The notes beneath the pieces are model-generated. The model was not told the DNA's origin, searched no databases, and saw only the letters and a list, made by a program, of their open reading frames with translations. The position numbers and the translations under genes were made by a program. Below, piece by piece: positions 1 to 12,115 of a stretch of DNA of 64,000 bases; the stretch's first letter is position 1; every line of letters starts with the position of its first letter. The DNA is from Moniliella sp. 'wahieum' (lineage: Eukaryota), in assembly GCA_003971905.1 (NCBI GenBank), contig RSEE01000118.1:1-64000 (forward strand). Direction: 5' to 3'.

Positions 1-190
1 CCCACCCTAACCTAATCCTAGGGGAGGGCGAGGGTAGATAGCGAGCTACCCGAAGGGGACAGAGTTATGCCGAGGCGATAGCTCGCTATAAAATCGTCCG
101 CTCTATGCAGCATATGCCCTCCGTTTTTCGATTGGACCACCCGTTCAAAAGTTACACCCCCCCATCCCTAACCCTACCCAACCCGACCCA
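1..190 (+). repeat. Degenerate telomere-like (CCCTAA) motifs at the window start
   Basis: 1-20 reads CCCACCCTAACCTAATCCTA and 166-190 reads CCCTAACCCTACCCAACCCGACCCA. This is not a perfect array. The C-rich + strand fits a left chromosome end, and the adjacent subtelomere-type elements support that reading. Confidence 0.35.
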
Positions 191-450
191 CCCCATCCGT
201 CGTATCTCAGCCGTGCACGGTCCGTTCGACCTCAGATTTCACACACCCAGTCCAGAGGGTGCCCTTCCATACGTCTTCCCCTTCCAATTGCCATTTGTGT
301 GCCGGCGAAGCGCCTAAGCCGAGGAGCGCAACATGCCGAACGTCAGCTCAGTCGTCGGCTGACCGCATGCCCTGCTTGAAGTAACTAGTAAGTCCCCACT
401 ATTGCCTCCTTGCTCATCGCTGACTGTCCTGTGTGAAGATATGATGTGCC

Positions 451-760
451 TTGTGGGATGTACGTGTCCCTATCTACTACGTTGCGAAACCGCAGCCTAG
501 GGAACGGGCTAGGCAATTATGGCGGGGCAAGAAGGTTTGTACGACGACGATGCACCCTCGACAATGCGAGTGGTGCTCCCGCTTCGGGCATGCGGCAGCG
601 GTCTGCCAACAAGTGGCGACCGGGGGCAAGAAGTGCGGCCTGTGCCGCATCCCCGGCACCAACGCGACCAATGCCAAGACCTGATTGATGCGTCGATCAG
701 GGCGATTGCTCGCAAGACAGGGATGCCCCTGAGGAAGTCGAATGCAGCGCAGAAGACGTC
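451..760 (+). pseudogene. Gag/ORF1-like retroelement fragment with two CCHC zinc knuckles
   Basis: CEWCSRFGHAAAVC (565-606) is an exact CX2CX4HX4C. A second knuckle CGLCRIPG-HQRDQC (634-674) is restored by one 1-nt frameshift. The PRQCxxCxxFGH context resembles LINE ORF1 proteins. Confidence 0.65.
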
Positions 761-3369
761 GTGGCGAACGGGTCGGAGCGAATCGGAGTGGCAGCGCCGG
801 CTGCCGCTTTGGATGTGTCCCGGACAAGCGCGCATGGTTCATCTGGAAAGAAAACTTGGTCGTGTTTACTCCTCCCCCTCCGAGTTGGAGGGGGAGCCTT
901 TTGGAGGCGGTCAAGACGCCAGCGAGGCCCGCGACTGGGGCGATCGTGGTCATGGGGCGTCAATTGGGCCGGTACGCCGGTCGACGCGGAGGGCAGCGCT
1001 CAATGCTGTCTTCGTGCGCAGGGCTGCCGTTGCGGAGGCGGCCTTGGTCCCCTTGCCTGGTGGATCCGACGATGGGTTGGAGTCGGGCAAAGAAGGAGGG
1101 GACGGAGTGGGAAGCGAGGGGGGTGGATCGGAGGGCGAGGAGGCCGGCAGCGAGGGCGAGACGGCCAGCTCGGGGCGGGGGCCTGCTCGAGGCGGCCTCT
1201 GGTCCATCCCCCCCCCGTCTGACCCCTGGCGAAGCTCCTTTCCAGGGCAAGGAAAACAGTGCCATGTTCACCAACGTCGCCTGGGGCACCATGCTAGCGG
1301 GGATGCCCTTGTGGAACATCACATACGAGTCAATATCAATAGGCGCCGACCAACGCGACCCTCGATGTTATTGTCTCGCCACTGTCCCTCGCCGGCCTAT
1401 CTACCTGCAACCCGCCATGAAACGGTTTGCCACTGCGTAGGAGCGACTCTGGCATGAAAGTGGTGGCAAGTGGCCGCTGCAGCCCTTTTATGAGTCCCCA
1501 TCGGCCCTCATACCGCCCTGGCCCAGCTCTCGCAACTGAGTGCCGATGACTATGCCACGAATCGGCAGTGGTTGGACGAACGGCTCTCCCCAGCCCTGGC
1601 GACTCTAGACGATCTCAAGAAGGTCGATCAAAACCACAATCTCTGCCAAAGTGGCTGCCCTGGCTCGACTGTATTGGTACGTTCGATGACCCGTCCATCC
1701 GTTGGGATGCTCTTCTTCCTTCCTGGCACCCCGCCGCGGTAACAGGTGCGACGAAAGGGGGTGAAAGGAGAGAAACAGCGCGAGGAGGAAGACTTGCTAA
1801 CCCGCACATCTCTCAGCAGGAGCAGATGGGCACCATCCCAACTTCACAACTGCATAAGATGATGCACTCTCTTCTTTGCCCGATACACTGTTGATCTCAA
1901 TACCTCAACTCCCGTATTGGTCAGCACGCGACGGGGGAGCGGGGACCACAACGTGTTACAACAACTGGAATGATACGGAGAACCCACTGGCGCATCTGGC
2001 GGCCAAGAACGTACGTATACGATGATGATCTTTTCAGGGTCGTGGCGCAGCCTCACTAGAAAAAGAACCGGAGGGGATGATATACTTACTGGATTCGCTT
2101 TGCCTTAACAGTTTGACCAAGCTTCGCAAGATGCCGAGCATTGGACGGCCAAGCTGTTTGTCGCCATGGAAGGCACTGCCCACCCCCCAAAGCAGCAGCT
2201 CCCTTGAATAATAGAGCTACCTTTGGCTGGAACACTATGCATGGCTCAGTGTTGACTAGCACCTCCGTGCTTCATCCCTTGCCGCCTCATCTTCCTTTGC
2301 TCCAGCTACGAATGTTCCTCTTGACTGGGATACCCGGGTGTGGCAAGGCTGCCGTCGGCACTGTTCGCGTAGGCCTGTCTCGGCCCTGCTGCCCCACATT
2401 GTGATGGCGGTACGTTACCCACGTTCTCTTGTACTGTCCAAATTACTGACAACAATAGCAGCTCAAACACCGCACCAAGGAACCTGCCTGGATCAATACC
2501 CCTTTTCCAGGCATACGAGCGTACGCGGTGGCAATGGAGGCACTGCCCCACTTGACGATGGGCAGCTACTGTGGCAAAGAAAGTACCCGCTCCACTCCCC
2601 CTTCGGTGGGGTCTGCTCGGACGATCCTGATTGCCATTTGGCCGGGCAGGGACGTGCGAAGGCGGTGTCGGACCTGCATCCGGGTCTTTAGCGGCCGGGC
2701 GCCGCCCCTACGGGATAGCCAGCTGCTTCTGGGCAACACGGCGGACGCCTTTAACGCCGTCTGCAGCGCTTCTGGCTGCAGTGCGGGTCTGGAGCGGCTG
2801 CTGCTCGTGCGAAAGGGAGAGACTAGGTTGGTAGTTTTTTGGCCGCAACGAGAGATGTTAGGCGACACACAGCGAGCACCCGACGAACAACAACAATCGA
2901 CCGCCTCGGCGCTCGGCCCTCGCGGAGTCCGAGGAGCAGCTCGCAGGGCAACGCCATGGACATGGCCTCGACGCGAAGCAGCTGCAGAGCATGGTGCTTG
3001 GCGGGACAACGGCCAAGGGGGTAGCCCAATGGCTGCTGCGGCGGGGACAACGGGGACGACGGCGGTGGAGGCATGAGTGGGGGACGAGACGCGAGGGGAG
3101 GCAGGATGCAGCACCAAAAGGCGCGCTGCGTGTCGGATGGGCGGGTCGGTAAACAAGGCGCCGCTTGCGTGGTTCGCTGTGCTGCCGAGCGTGGCAAACG
3201 CCTACTGCTGTCCCCAAGAATCCGCAGCGCAGGTTGGTTCGTGGCCAGGTCCGGCCGGTAAGGACGGGCCAACCAAGGAGGGGGTACATGGGGCGCGCAG
3301 CCGCGCGCGGCGAGGGTCCAGTCGCGGGAGTGTGGTGCCGATATGGGTGCGGGTGTCCCCCCGGCACCG

Positions 3370-3920
3370 CGCTGGGCCGCTCTGTTTCGCGGCGAGGGTT
3401 GCGTCGTCGCGTGGTGGCCGCCGCGTCGGTTGGCGCGCCCACGCAGTTGCAATTCATCCACATTGGCTGCGGCCACCACCTACAACCCTAGCACCGCACT
3501 GAATTTCATCTCGTCGCGTCTGCGCGGCTTTTGCTTCTACGCCACCACCAGCACTGTGGGGCCGCTGCTGCAGCTCGCGTCCTAGCTTTTCTCTCGCTGT
3601 ACATCAAGCCGGATGCGTGCTCATGAGAGGTGGCGTCCCTTGCTTCCGCTTCTTGCTGCCCATCGGTATCCATGCAGCGCTCGATACCAGTGCACGGCTG
3701 GGACGAAGGCCTAGGCGATGGTCCGCAGCAGCAGCATGCCGAGCAGGACACGCTGTTCCTTCACCCGCCCACCTCGAGTCGTCGGTACAACGAACCGGGC
3801 CTTGCCTGCAAACGTGAATCGTGTTCTTCCCGAATCGGCCGCTTCTGCTCAAAGGGCAGGCGACACGATGCATAGCGGGATGCAAATCAACCTGAAGATG
3901 GCCCACCCATGGGGTCCTGA
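3370..3920 (-). repeat. Subtelomeric repeat block X, copy 1 (related to ~7215-7610 and ~13270-13640)
   Basis: Shared motifs include GCCGGATGCGTGCTCA (~3608, ~7444, ~13480), TCCACATTG (~3457, ~7300, ~13353) and CGACAYGATGC...ATGCAAATCA (~3861, ~7553, ~13591). Confidence 0.75.
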
Positions 3921-4315
3921 CAACTGGATTCTGCGTGGGGTGGCAACGAGGGCGGCAGCAGGGATAGCCCGCTCCCCTTTTCTGGTCAGCAACATGCCTC
4001 GTGCACACCTCTCAGAGCCACAGCGCCCCAACCAAACCGCAACACCACTCCCCGATGATTCCTTTCCTGGTACTTTCCGCCCTGCCATTTGCGTTGCTTC
4101 CCACCTGGGCCAACGGCGGCGCGCCAGAACTTGACCTCACTCCCCGATGGAGCGCCGACAGCCCGCTTGTATCGGTTTTAGTTGTCTCCCCAAATCGGCC
4201 GTGCTCGGGCTCCCAAGAGCAACCATTTGCTACAAACCGGCTTGGTGGCAACTGGCGTGCCCAGGAGAAGTGGACCATTACTCCTGGCATGGGTATGAGC
4301 TTTACCTTTGCAACG

Positions 4316-5900
4316 CGGGTGCCAACAATGACGACATTCCGGTATTTTTGCCAGCAGCTGCACTGGTAAGGTTGGGTTGGATATGGGGCCCTCCATTGCT
4401 GTGAGGCTGCTCGTCCCACTGCTTCCTCCATCGACGAACGAAGCTGGGCTCTTATCGCTCATGTCCTCCATGACCAAGACGGGTTACGCTTCCATCAAGG
4501 TACACTGCGACGCGGCGTGGCATCTCGTCGTTTGCTTCTGTTGCGTTTACATCCGCAAAAGCCTGTCGCACCGCCGCCTTCCTTTCGACCTTACGGCCAT
4601 GCGGAATTGCTAGACCTGCGAATCCTTTTTACGCTGTCTTGCACGGCGTTGGTACCGCTATACCCAGTATGTGTTTCTCTGGTACGAAAGTACCCATGCC
4701 TTGCTCTACTGTGATATACTGACCAGTGCACTAAACAGGTCCAAATTTATCTTGCCGGAAACGAATAGCCGATGAAAACAAGAAAGAAAGTCATCACCCC
4801 GCCATCTGCAGAGGTATCGCCTGCGCACCAGATTCATCACCCTGCCAGGCAACGACAACTTCGGGTGGTGGGGGGGGGCTGCCAGGTCCTGCCGCCCTAC
4901 GTGGACCGGGGGCGTTTCCAATGAACACAATGGGCACGTTTTGCAAGAGAGCTTGGGGTCTATTATAAAGACGTGGATCGAACCATCGCCAGCGCATACC
5001 GCGACGTTGTGTCGATGAAGGAGACGCGCAACCGGAGATGGCCTCGGCTTGAGGGATGGGGGGCAGCATAGTGGTGTGAGACCAACAGAAGGAGGAGCTG
5101 TGCTACTATGGTCACCCCTCAGGATGTACCTAGTCGCGCTGCACACTTCTCTCGGTGATTACCCATCCAGGATGGGCCCAGTTCGCCAACTTTGTTGGTG
5201 TGGATGCCGATGCTTGTACGTGGTCCATCTTCTTCTGTTGTGGCCCAAGTTGCTGACAGTTCTCATCGATCAAGCGCAGCACTGGAGGCAATAGGATCAG
5301 ACGCGTCATGCAGCCCTCCAACTTTTCACGTCAACGCCCCTCACCCAGTTGTTCAAAGCACCAATTGGGGGTATGCCGATACGGCACTTCCCTGTTGACC
5401 ATCGGCGCTGCACCACCAGCCAAGGCAAGGAATGCTTCACACCCCCGCAGGTTGTGCCTTAATGGAAGGCCCCCAGGTTGCCAACGAGGAGCACGTGCTG
5501 TTCGATGCTGTTCTGTTATGCTGGGCCATTCCGGACGCAGAAAAACGGGTGCTGGGGGCGAGCGGCCACCGCGGGCTGCCATCCGCACAGTCACAGCACT
5601 TCGAAAAAAGATGGGGGTCGGCGGCGACAGGCTTGTCTGCTGCCAGAGAGCGCGTTTGTTGACCGAGCAGGCCGCCCCAGCCGCAGTTCTCTGGCTTCAC
5701 CCGTGCACGAGACCAGGCTCGTCGTGGCCATGCGGGGGGATGATGGGCGCCGCATCTCGAAGCCCTGAAGAGGATGCAGATGGTGTGGTTAGCGTCAGTG
5801 AACCTCGCTCTCGATTGAATATGGATAATTGATGCGACGCTTGACTCGCCGCGCTTGCCGATCGGCTGGGCTGTCGACCACCCCCGAACCGGGGCCGTGT
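4316..5900 (-). pseudogene. Decayed repeat block with putative telomere-linked RecQ helicase remnants, copy A
   Basis: DNA similarity to 12109-13180, 16125-16470 and 7620-8110. Minus-strand peptides in RecQ order: RLILLPPVLR..ENCQQLG (motif Ia-like), VPIVFI (motif III-like), YHSR, and AVYLDG (4491-4508, RecQ Zn-domain-like). Many stops and frameshifts. Confidence 0.4.
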
Positions 5901-7149
5901 CGGAGCGAAATCTCAGCGTCGCATCTTCTGTCTTCCACTCCCTGATCATTCGCCACTCCCTCATCATTCACATTTCCTCCTTCCTCCTCCCCCCACCATC
6001 GGCCCCCCGGTGCTGCTGGGCCAGGTACCCACACGGCGAGCTCCTGGTACGGCTCTTGCGTCATCCCCTTGTGCATGCAAAGATAGCGGCTGTCATCGCG
6101 ACAGCCGTCGTTGGAGCAGCGGCCCAATTAGTCGCTCGAATTGTCTCGTTCTACCTGTCCCGCAACAATCACTGTCCCAGCCAGCGCATGTGTACCGCAG
6201 GTCCTAACCAAGAGAAGCAAGGCGGCGGGTATGCCATCCCCTCAATCTGGTCTGGCTTAATGGCCTCCGGACCATTTTGTCCCAAGTGGATCTAAGCTGT
6301 CTTGCTCGTGCTTGCTCGTGCGTTACGTGCACATCTAAGGCACATCATCTTGGGGAACTCGTTGCTGGCATTGCATCCGGGAGACCCAAACATGTCCATC
6401 TATTCATTGCGACTGCCCGACATATATCGCAGCGATCCCGCCACACAGACGCCTCTGAACCCCAGCGCCCAAGGAACATCATTCGCCATCAAACGGCCTG
6501 GCGACTGCAATGTTGGAGACTGGTTCCGCTATTCTTCCAGTGCGGCGGCGCAGCTTCATGAGGCCCTGGTACTGTTTTCGTGCAGTGTTGTACACCTTGT
6601 CCATGCCCTACAAATGTGGCGCGATGTCGCCGCCGTTCCCAACGATAGGATTAGCTGCTGTCGCTATGGGCGGTATCTCTGAAACTCTTGGTGCGCACAT
6701 GCGTTTCGACGAAGCTTGCTGGCCCAGATTGTGACGATGGTACGTTGCCCCGCTCTATTGTACTCTCTTGTGGTGCGAGTTGCTGACAACCGACGCAGAC
6801 CGAACACAGTGCCAGCAGCAATTGGGACGAACGTGCTTGCGCAAAGAAACTGGCTGTATCAATGCCTCTCAGCCAGAGCATGCGACGCGTACGCGGTGAA
6901 AGTGCAGGCACTGTTCCGCTTGACGCCGCCCTCGCTAGGCAAGTGCGCGCACTGCTCTCCCCTTTGTTGTACGGAAGGCGTGGGTTGGGGTTTGGACAGC
7001 AAGGGACGTGCGAAACCAGTATCCTTCGCGCTCCACCCGCCCGCTTCAGCAGCTGTGCGCCAGACCTGCGTGGCAGCGAGCTGTGTCTGGCCAACACGGC
7101 GGGCACCTTGCCGCCGTCGGCAACGCTCCCTGCTGCAGTGCAAGTCTAC

Positions 7150-8800
7150 AGGGCTGCTACGGCGGCAGCGGACAGCCGAGCAGCCCCGCAAGCAGCAGCA
7201 ATCGACTGCCTCTCCGCGAGACGCGCAGAAAGGGCTGTTCCCGTCGTGGGGTTAATGTTAAACGTGCGTTTGCCGCCGCGCTTGGCGCGCAGAAGCTCCT
7301 CCACATTGGCCGCGGCCACACCGTCCAAGCCCCCCCCCGATTCTGGCCTGGCTGCGTTTAGGACCGCTTTGCCTCTCCACGACCAACCCGCTGGGACTCT
7401 GCTATGGCTCATGTCCTTGCTTCCTTGTCGCGCTGCGCACCAAGCCGGATGCGTGCTCACGGGAGCCCACCCCTCGGCTCCGCTTTTTGCCGTCCATCCT
7501 TGTCGATGCAGTGCCTGAACTGGCATCGAGAGCGCGGTTGCGTTACTGAGCTCGACATGATGCGCAGCGGTGGAATGCAAATCAACCTGGAGGCGACCCA
7601 CCCATGGGATGCCGTATCTTTGATGGTGGTGATTCCTGTACGTGTCCATCTCCTTCTGCTGAAACCCAAGTTGCTGACGTTTCACCTTAGCTGGACGCAG
7701 CACCAGAAGCAATATGTGCTCACACAAGCAACCATTAACTCGTCACGTCCACGTCCCCCCAGCCAGTTGGGCAAGGTGCCAATACAGGGAATATTGGCAA
7801 AGGCAGGGCACGCCTTCCGCCCCTGCAGATGCGCCGGCAGCGAAGGCCTCTACGACTGGCGAAGAGCAGAAGCTGCTCGCTGCTGCTGCGTTGGGGAATG
7901 GGCGCGTAGAACAGGTCCGGGGGGGGGGCGTGGCTGCTCTTCATTACCCTCATTGGACCCCTGAAGAGGATGGAGACGGGGTGGGTAGTGTCAATGAGCC
8001 TCACTCTCGATTGGATACTGATCGTGGATGTGACTGCCTCGCTGGACGCGTTTGTTGATCAGGTGAACTGGCGGCCACCACTTAACCCGAGCTATGCCAA
8101 AGTGAATCCTCCACCTCGTCCCTTTTGTTCGCCTCTCGCAGCAGGGCTGTCGCCCCATTGCGCTTCCCTTTGTTCTCCCCTCCCGAAGTCACGCCCCCCA
8201 CGCCTCCGCTGCCCGCACAGACCGGCCAGGTCCTCACCCAGTATGGCTGGGTGTTCCTTAATATGGAACCCGCATTGATCCCCACCCGAAACTGATCGAA
8301 AATGCGTCGAACTCTCGGCCTGGTCCCAGCAGCAGCCCCAAGCGCTTCCCCAACTCACTCCCGGTGCTGGCCGTAATGACCTCCACGACGCACAAGCCGT
8401 TCCGCACAGCGAACGCATTGCTCACCTCAAGCTTGCTGCCGCCGACCGTCAGCGCCATTCATACTAAAGACGAAAACAATTATCCGCACGACCCTACTCA
8501 ATACCAGGGCCATGATTCGCTCTACTGCTTTACATGTACGGCGACGACCCCATCCACACTTCCTCTGGTATGATATACTGACCGACGCGCTTGTGCAGGC
8601 CGAAACGTACAGGCACGGGAATACAGACGGAGATGGATAATCAAGAATGTCCGAGAACTAGGGCAAGGACATGGATCAAATCAGTGCCCGCTTCTCATTT
8701 ATGTGGAAGATGTTAGTGGTTCCTTTGGAAGCTGCCAAGTCATATGCTTCCAGGCTCCGCCTCGTCTTAGGGGCCACTATCCTACTGCTGCATATTAGAG
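7150..8800 (-). pseudogene. Decayed repeat block (putative RecQ/TLH relic, copy B), duplicated at ~13200-14860
   Basis: Colinear DNA similarity with 13200-14860, e.g. TATGATATACTGACCGACGCGCTTGTGCAGGCCG at ~8569 and ~14578. The minus strand has VLAPCPTGWG (~7757-7785, like the RecQ motif I LPTGGGK), followed by a motif Ia-like ILLLVLRP..RQQLG. Confidence 0.4.
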
Positions 8801-8811
8801 CACTCTCTCCT

Positions 8812-8920
8812 CTCCCAGATGGGAATCAAGTCCAAGGGAGAGTGGGGCAGATTGTGCGCGGCTGGACATTTCGTCGCAGAAGGCGATCGAGGCAAAGGGC
8901 CCGAACAAGAAAAGGTTCCA
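8812..8920 (+). mobile_element. Short CRE-type RT fragment (QMGIKSKG..IVR..QKAIEAKG)
   Basis: CAGATGGGAATCAAGTCCAAGGG aligns with CAGTTGGGCGTCAAGTCCAAGGG (~11250) in the RT. A second copy lies at ~14869-14970. Confidence 0.55.
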
Positions 8921-9329
8921 AAACGCAGCGTACAAAATGTGCAAACGCAAGTGCCAAGAGCCTGGACTTCTGCATTGGGGATTGTATCACCTGACTGATA
9001 CCCTTGCGAGTCAAGAATGTGGACCAAACCACTCGCTACCCCTACCTAAATGGCCTCCTGTTGCCCCACCGATTGTTCATTTTGCGGCTCGTGCTTGCAG
9101 CAACCCCTCCGCCATCTGTTTCGCTCGAGGAGGAAAAACGGATCTGGCACGGACCAAATTCCCCTGGGTAGGTGAGCAGCAATGGCACCAGGCAACTCAT
9201 CCGGGGCGACGATAGGGGCAATGTGGTCGGTCAATGATAGGATCAAGTTGGCATCCCGATGCCCGTCGCTTTGGGCAGATCAGTCTTGCTCTCTCCTCTT
9301 GGCTTACCTCCACAGGCCAACGCAACACC

Positions 9330-9930
9330 ATGGGCAGCGAGACGAACGTATGGGTGGACCAGGTGATCGGCAGCCAACGAGATTGCCCCTCATCCTGGCA
9401 AAAGGAAAAGAAGACGGTTTTGCTCGCCCACCAGTATACGAAGCTGCTGCCTCCTGTGACTATATCGCTCGGCCCCTGGCTGATCGAGAAAGCAGAAGCG
9501 CTCGATCCCAGCTGGAGGGCGGTGGTGCCCTCAAATCCAACGTTCACATTTCCTGGCCACGGGGTCATGACTGGGTTGCGGGACATTCCGGCCACGATAG
9601 TAGAGCCCGAGCCATCAAGAACCCGCAGCGAGTCGGGCGCTCCTACTGTCGCCGCACTAAGATCGCGATGGCAAACGCAGGTGCTCCAAAGAGCCCATCC
9701 ATATCCAACGGCCTAACCCCTTCGTCCTTGGGAGGCAAGACACGCGACCCCTTTCTACGTTGTATTTGCCATCCGCTCGCCGCCGTCCTGAGGCACACGC
9801 GCTGTCTAAGGAGATTAACACCTTGTTCGACATAGAGGCCAAAGCAAAGAACCAACGTACAATCCTTGTGCAACGAGTGCGTAGCTCTGTTCCCTTGGTC
9901 TTCGCTGTGGGTGACTACACCTGTGGTTAC
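9330..9930 (+). mobile_element. 3' part of a CRE-clade non-LTR retrotransposon (post-thumb region plus restriction-like endonuclease), decayed
   Basis: GSQRD..., AEALDPSWRAVVPSNPTFTF (cf. xxWLxVIPxxPxLxL), LRDIPATIVEPEP..LRS, FYVV, and EAKAKNQR...VPLVFAVG (cf. K-x-x-KY...FxPLVFSxGG) occur in RLE order across frameshifts. The CCHC finger is absent. Confidence 0.55.
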
Positions 9931-10439
9931 ACTTCCGCTATGCAAGCTAAGGTATACGGGTCACCCCATCCAAACGCGCTGCCCCTGTAAGTCATGCATT
10001 CAGGTGCTTTGCTTGATTTCTCTGCCGTCCATGTTGCAAACCCACAGCCTAGGAGCCGGACTAGGTATTTGCGGTCCTTGGGCTGCCCAAGAATGCAAGA
10101 CGAGCAAGATGTGTATTCACAGAACGTTGTGGATCGTGTGCGCTACTTTGGCTACGAATGTGTCCAAGGCACTCTTGAATGGAGATGGAGCGGGCAATAC
10201 AAAACTTGTTCCTTCTCCACGTTTCCACCGCCACCTTCCCCGCCTTGCCCGCCGTCTGGAGGTCGTGGCGAATCATGTGGCCCCCTTCCGTGCTGCGCGT
10301 GAACTAGGCCGGTGGGAACTAGCGTAACACCAACAGCTCAGGCGCGCACGCGCTACGCCAGGCAGTCGGTGCCGGCTGTGCCCAGCCCAATCAGGCAGCC
10401 GAAGCGGACCACCGGCAGTTCCGATTCGGATCCATTCGA

Positions 10440-12115
10440 GTGGTGGAGTGCGCTGTGCCCTCGCCGCCGGGCAGCACAATGGTGCGGCGTCGGTTCAAAG
10501 AGGCGGCCGGTCGATTGGGAAGAGCGTATTTAGATCATCCCGACGATGACGCCGTGTTCAACCTGCTTGCCCTGCCGAAGGCGGGCTTGCGGGGGGGCTC
10601 TTCGGCCGACGTTTGTGCCACCCTCAAGGCGTATCCGGAGGTGGCTTGGCCGCCAGCTATGGAGAAGGGCTCTGCAGAGCGCCAGCGTTCGATGATTTGA
10701 CCGTGCACATCGCCAGGTCAAAGAGGGCATGTGGGGGCGTGCGGCGCGTACGCTGCGTCCCCAGGATGCGGCGGTGGGGTTTGGTCCGGAAACGGTCGAG
10801 GCCGCGTGCGAAGTACCCTTCAGGCCCGAACAACCCGCTGGCTGGTTTGGTGGTTCGGCAAATGTCGGAGCGGGCCCGCCTGGTTTAACAGGCGACACCG
10901 CAGCGGCAGACGCCGGTGAGCCCCCAATGGTTTTGGAGTTGGCTGATAAGGACATCTATCGCGCGGCAAGCAGCTTCTCCCGGGACGTGGGGGGAGGCGC
11001 GGGCGGATAGTCGGTACCTTTTCTCCAGCTGGCTCTAAAGCAAGATGACTTTAGAGCGGCTCTCCAAGTCGTGGGTGTGCCATGTTTCATGGGACGTGCC
11101 CGGGTGCTCAGCTGTTGTGCACCAGTAGGTTGACGGCGCTTGCGAAACCTGACGGTAGAGTGAGACCGATCGCCTGTGGTGAGTTACTTTACCGCGTAAT
11201 GGCCAAGGCACTTCTTCATTTGGATGTGGTTACTCCTCTGCTCCACTCGCAGTTGGGCGTCAAGTCCAAGGGCGGGTGGAGCCGACTGTGCGGCTCATGG
11301 ATCGTTTGGTGAGCGGGCAAGAGAGGGGCCCGGCTTGGGCCAAGTTCAACTATGTGCTGTCGTTGGACTTTAAAAATGCGTTCAAGTCGATCGACCGGGC
11401 GCGGTGGCCCAAGCGGTGAGTGACTATTCGCCCGAGCTCCTTTCTTTCTTTCGTTGGGCTTATGGGAAGCACACCCAGTTGGTGTTGAGTGGTCCAGGCG
11501 GCTTTGGAACCCTCCTGAGCCAGCAGGGAGTGAGACAGGGCAACCCCTTTGGGCCCTTCTTCTCTGTCGGCATCCGCAGTATGCTGGAGCAGGCGCAGCG
11601 CACGTTGGGCGACGATGGGCTGGTGGTGTCCTATTTGGATGACACTTGTGTATTGTCGCGCAATGCCAATGCGCTGCAGCTGGTCTCGCGTGTTATGGCG
11701 CAGAGCAAGACGGGGCTGGAACTCAACCTGAGCAAGACGAAGACTGTCTCGACGCAGAGGTTGCGTCTGGAGGGCGGCACCTTCCTCGGCTCGTGCATGG
11801 GTCCCAGGACAGCTCGGCTCGCTTTTCTGCAGGCAAAGGTGGAGGCTCAGGCGGCGCTTTACCCCACCTTGCAAGGGATGCCGCTGAAGGACCGCTTGCT
11901 CTTGTTGCGCGTGGCTCTGCAGCAGAACCTGTGGCACCTGCTCCACTCGATGCGGACAGACGACCTGGCGGACCAGCTCCACCAGATTGACGAGCAGCTC
12001 TGGCGCGAGGTGAAGGCAATCGGGGGAGCGGATCCGAGCAAGGAGGACGGTCAGAAATGGCACAGGGTTCTTTTCTTCTTGCCAGCCCGTATGGGTGGCT
12101 TAGGCGTTCGGGCGC
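10440..12115 (+). mobile_element. CRE-clade (Cnl1/MoTeR/SLACS-like) non-LTR retrotransposon reverse transcriptase, pseudogenised and 3'-truncated
   Basis: Motifs: FNLLALPKAGL..AYPEVAWP, KYPSGPNNP, SRLTALAKPDGRVRPIACGELLYR, QLGVKSKGG(VEP), LSLDFKNAF, GVRQGNPFGP, SYLDD, GLELNLSKT, FLGSCMG and the thumb LPARMGGLG. In-frame TAG at 11008-11010 where GGW is expected, plus several frameshifts. Confidence 0.9.
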
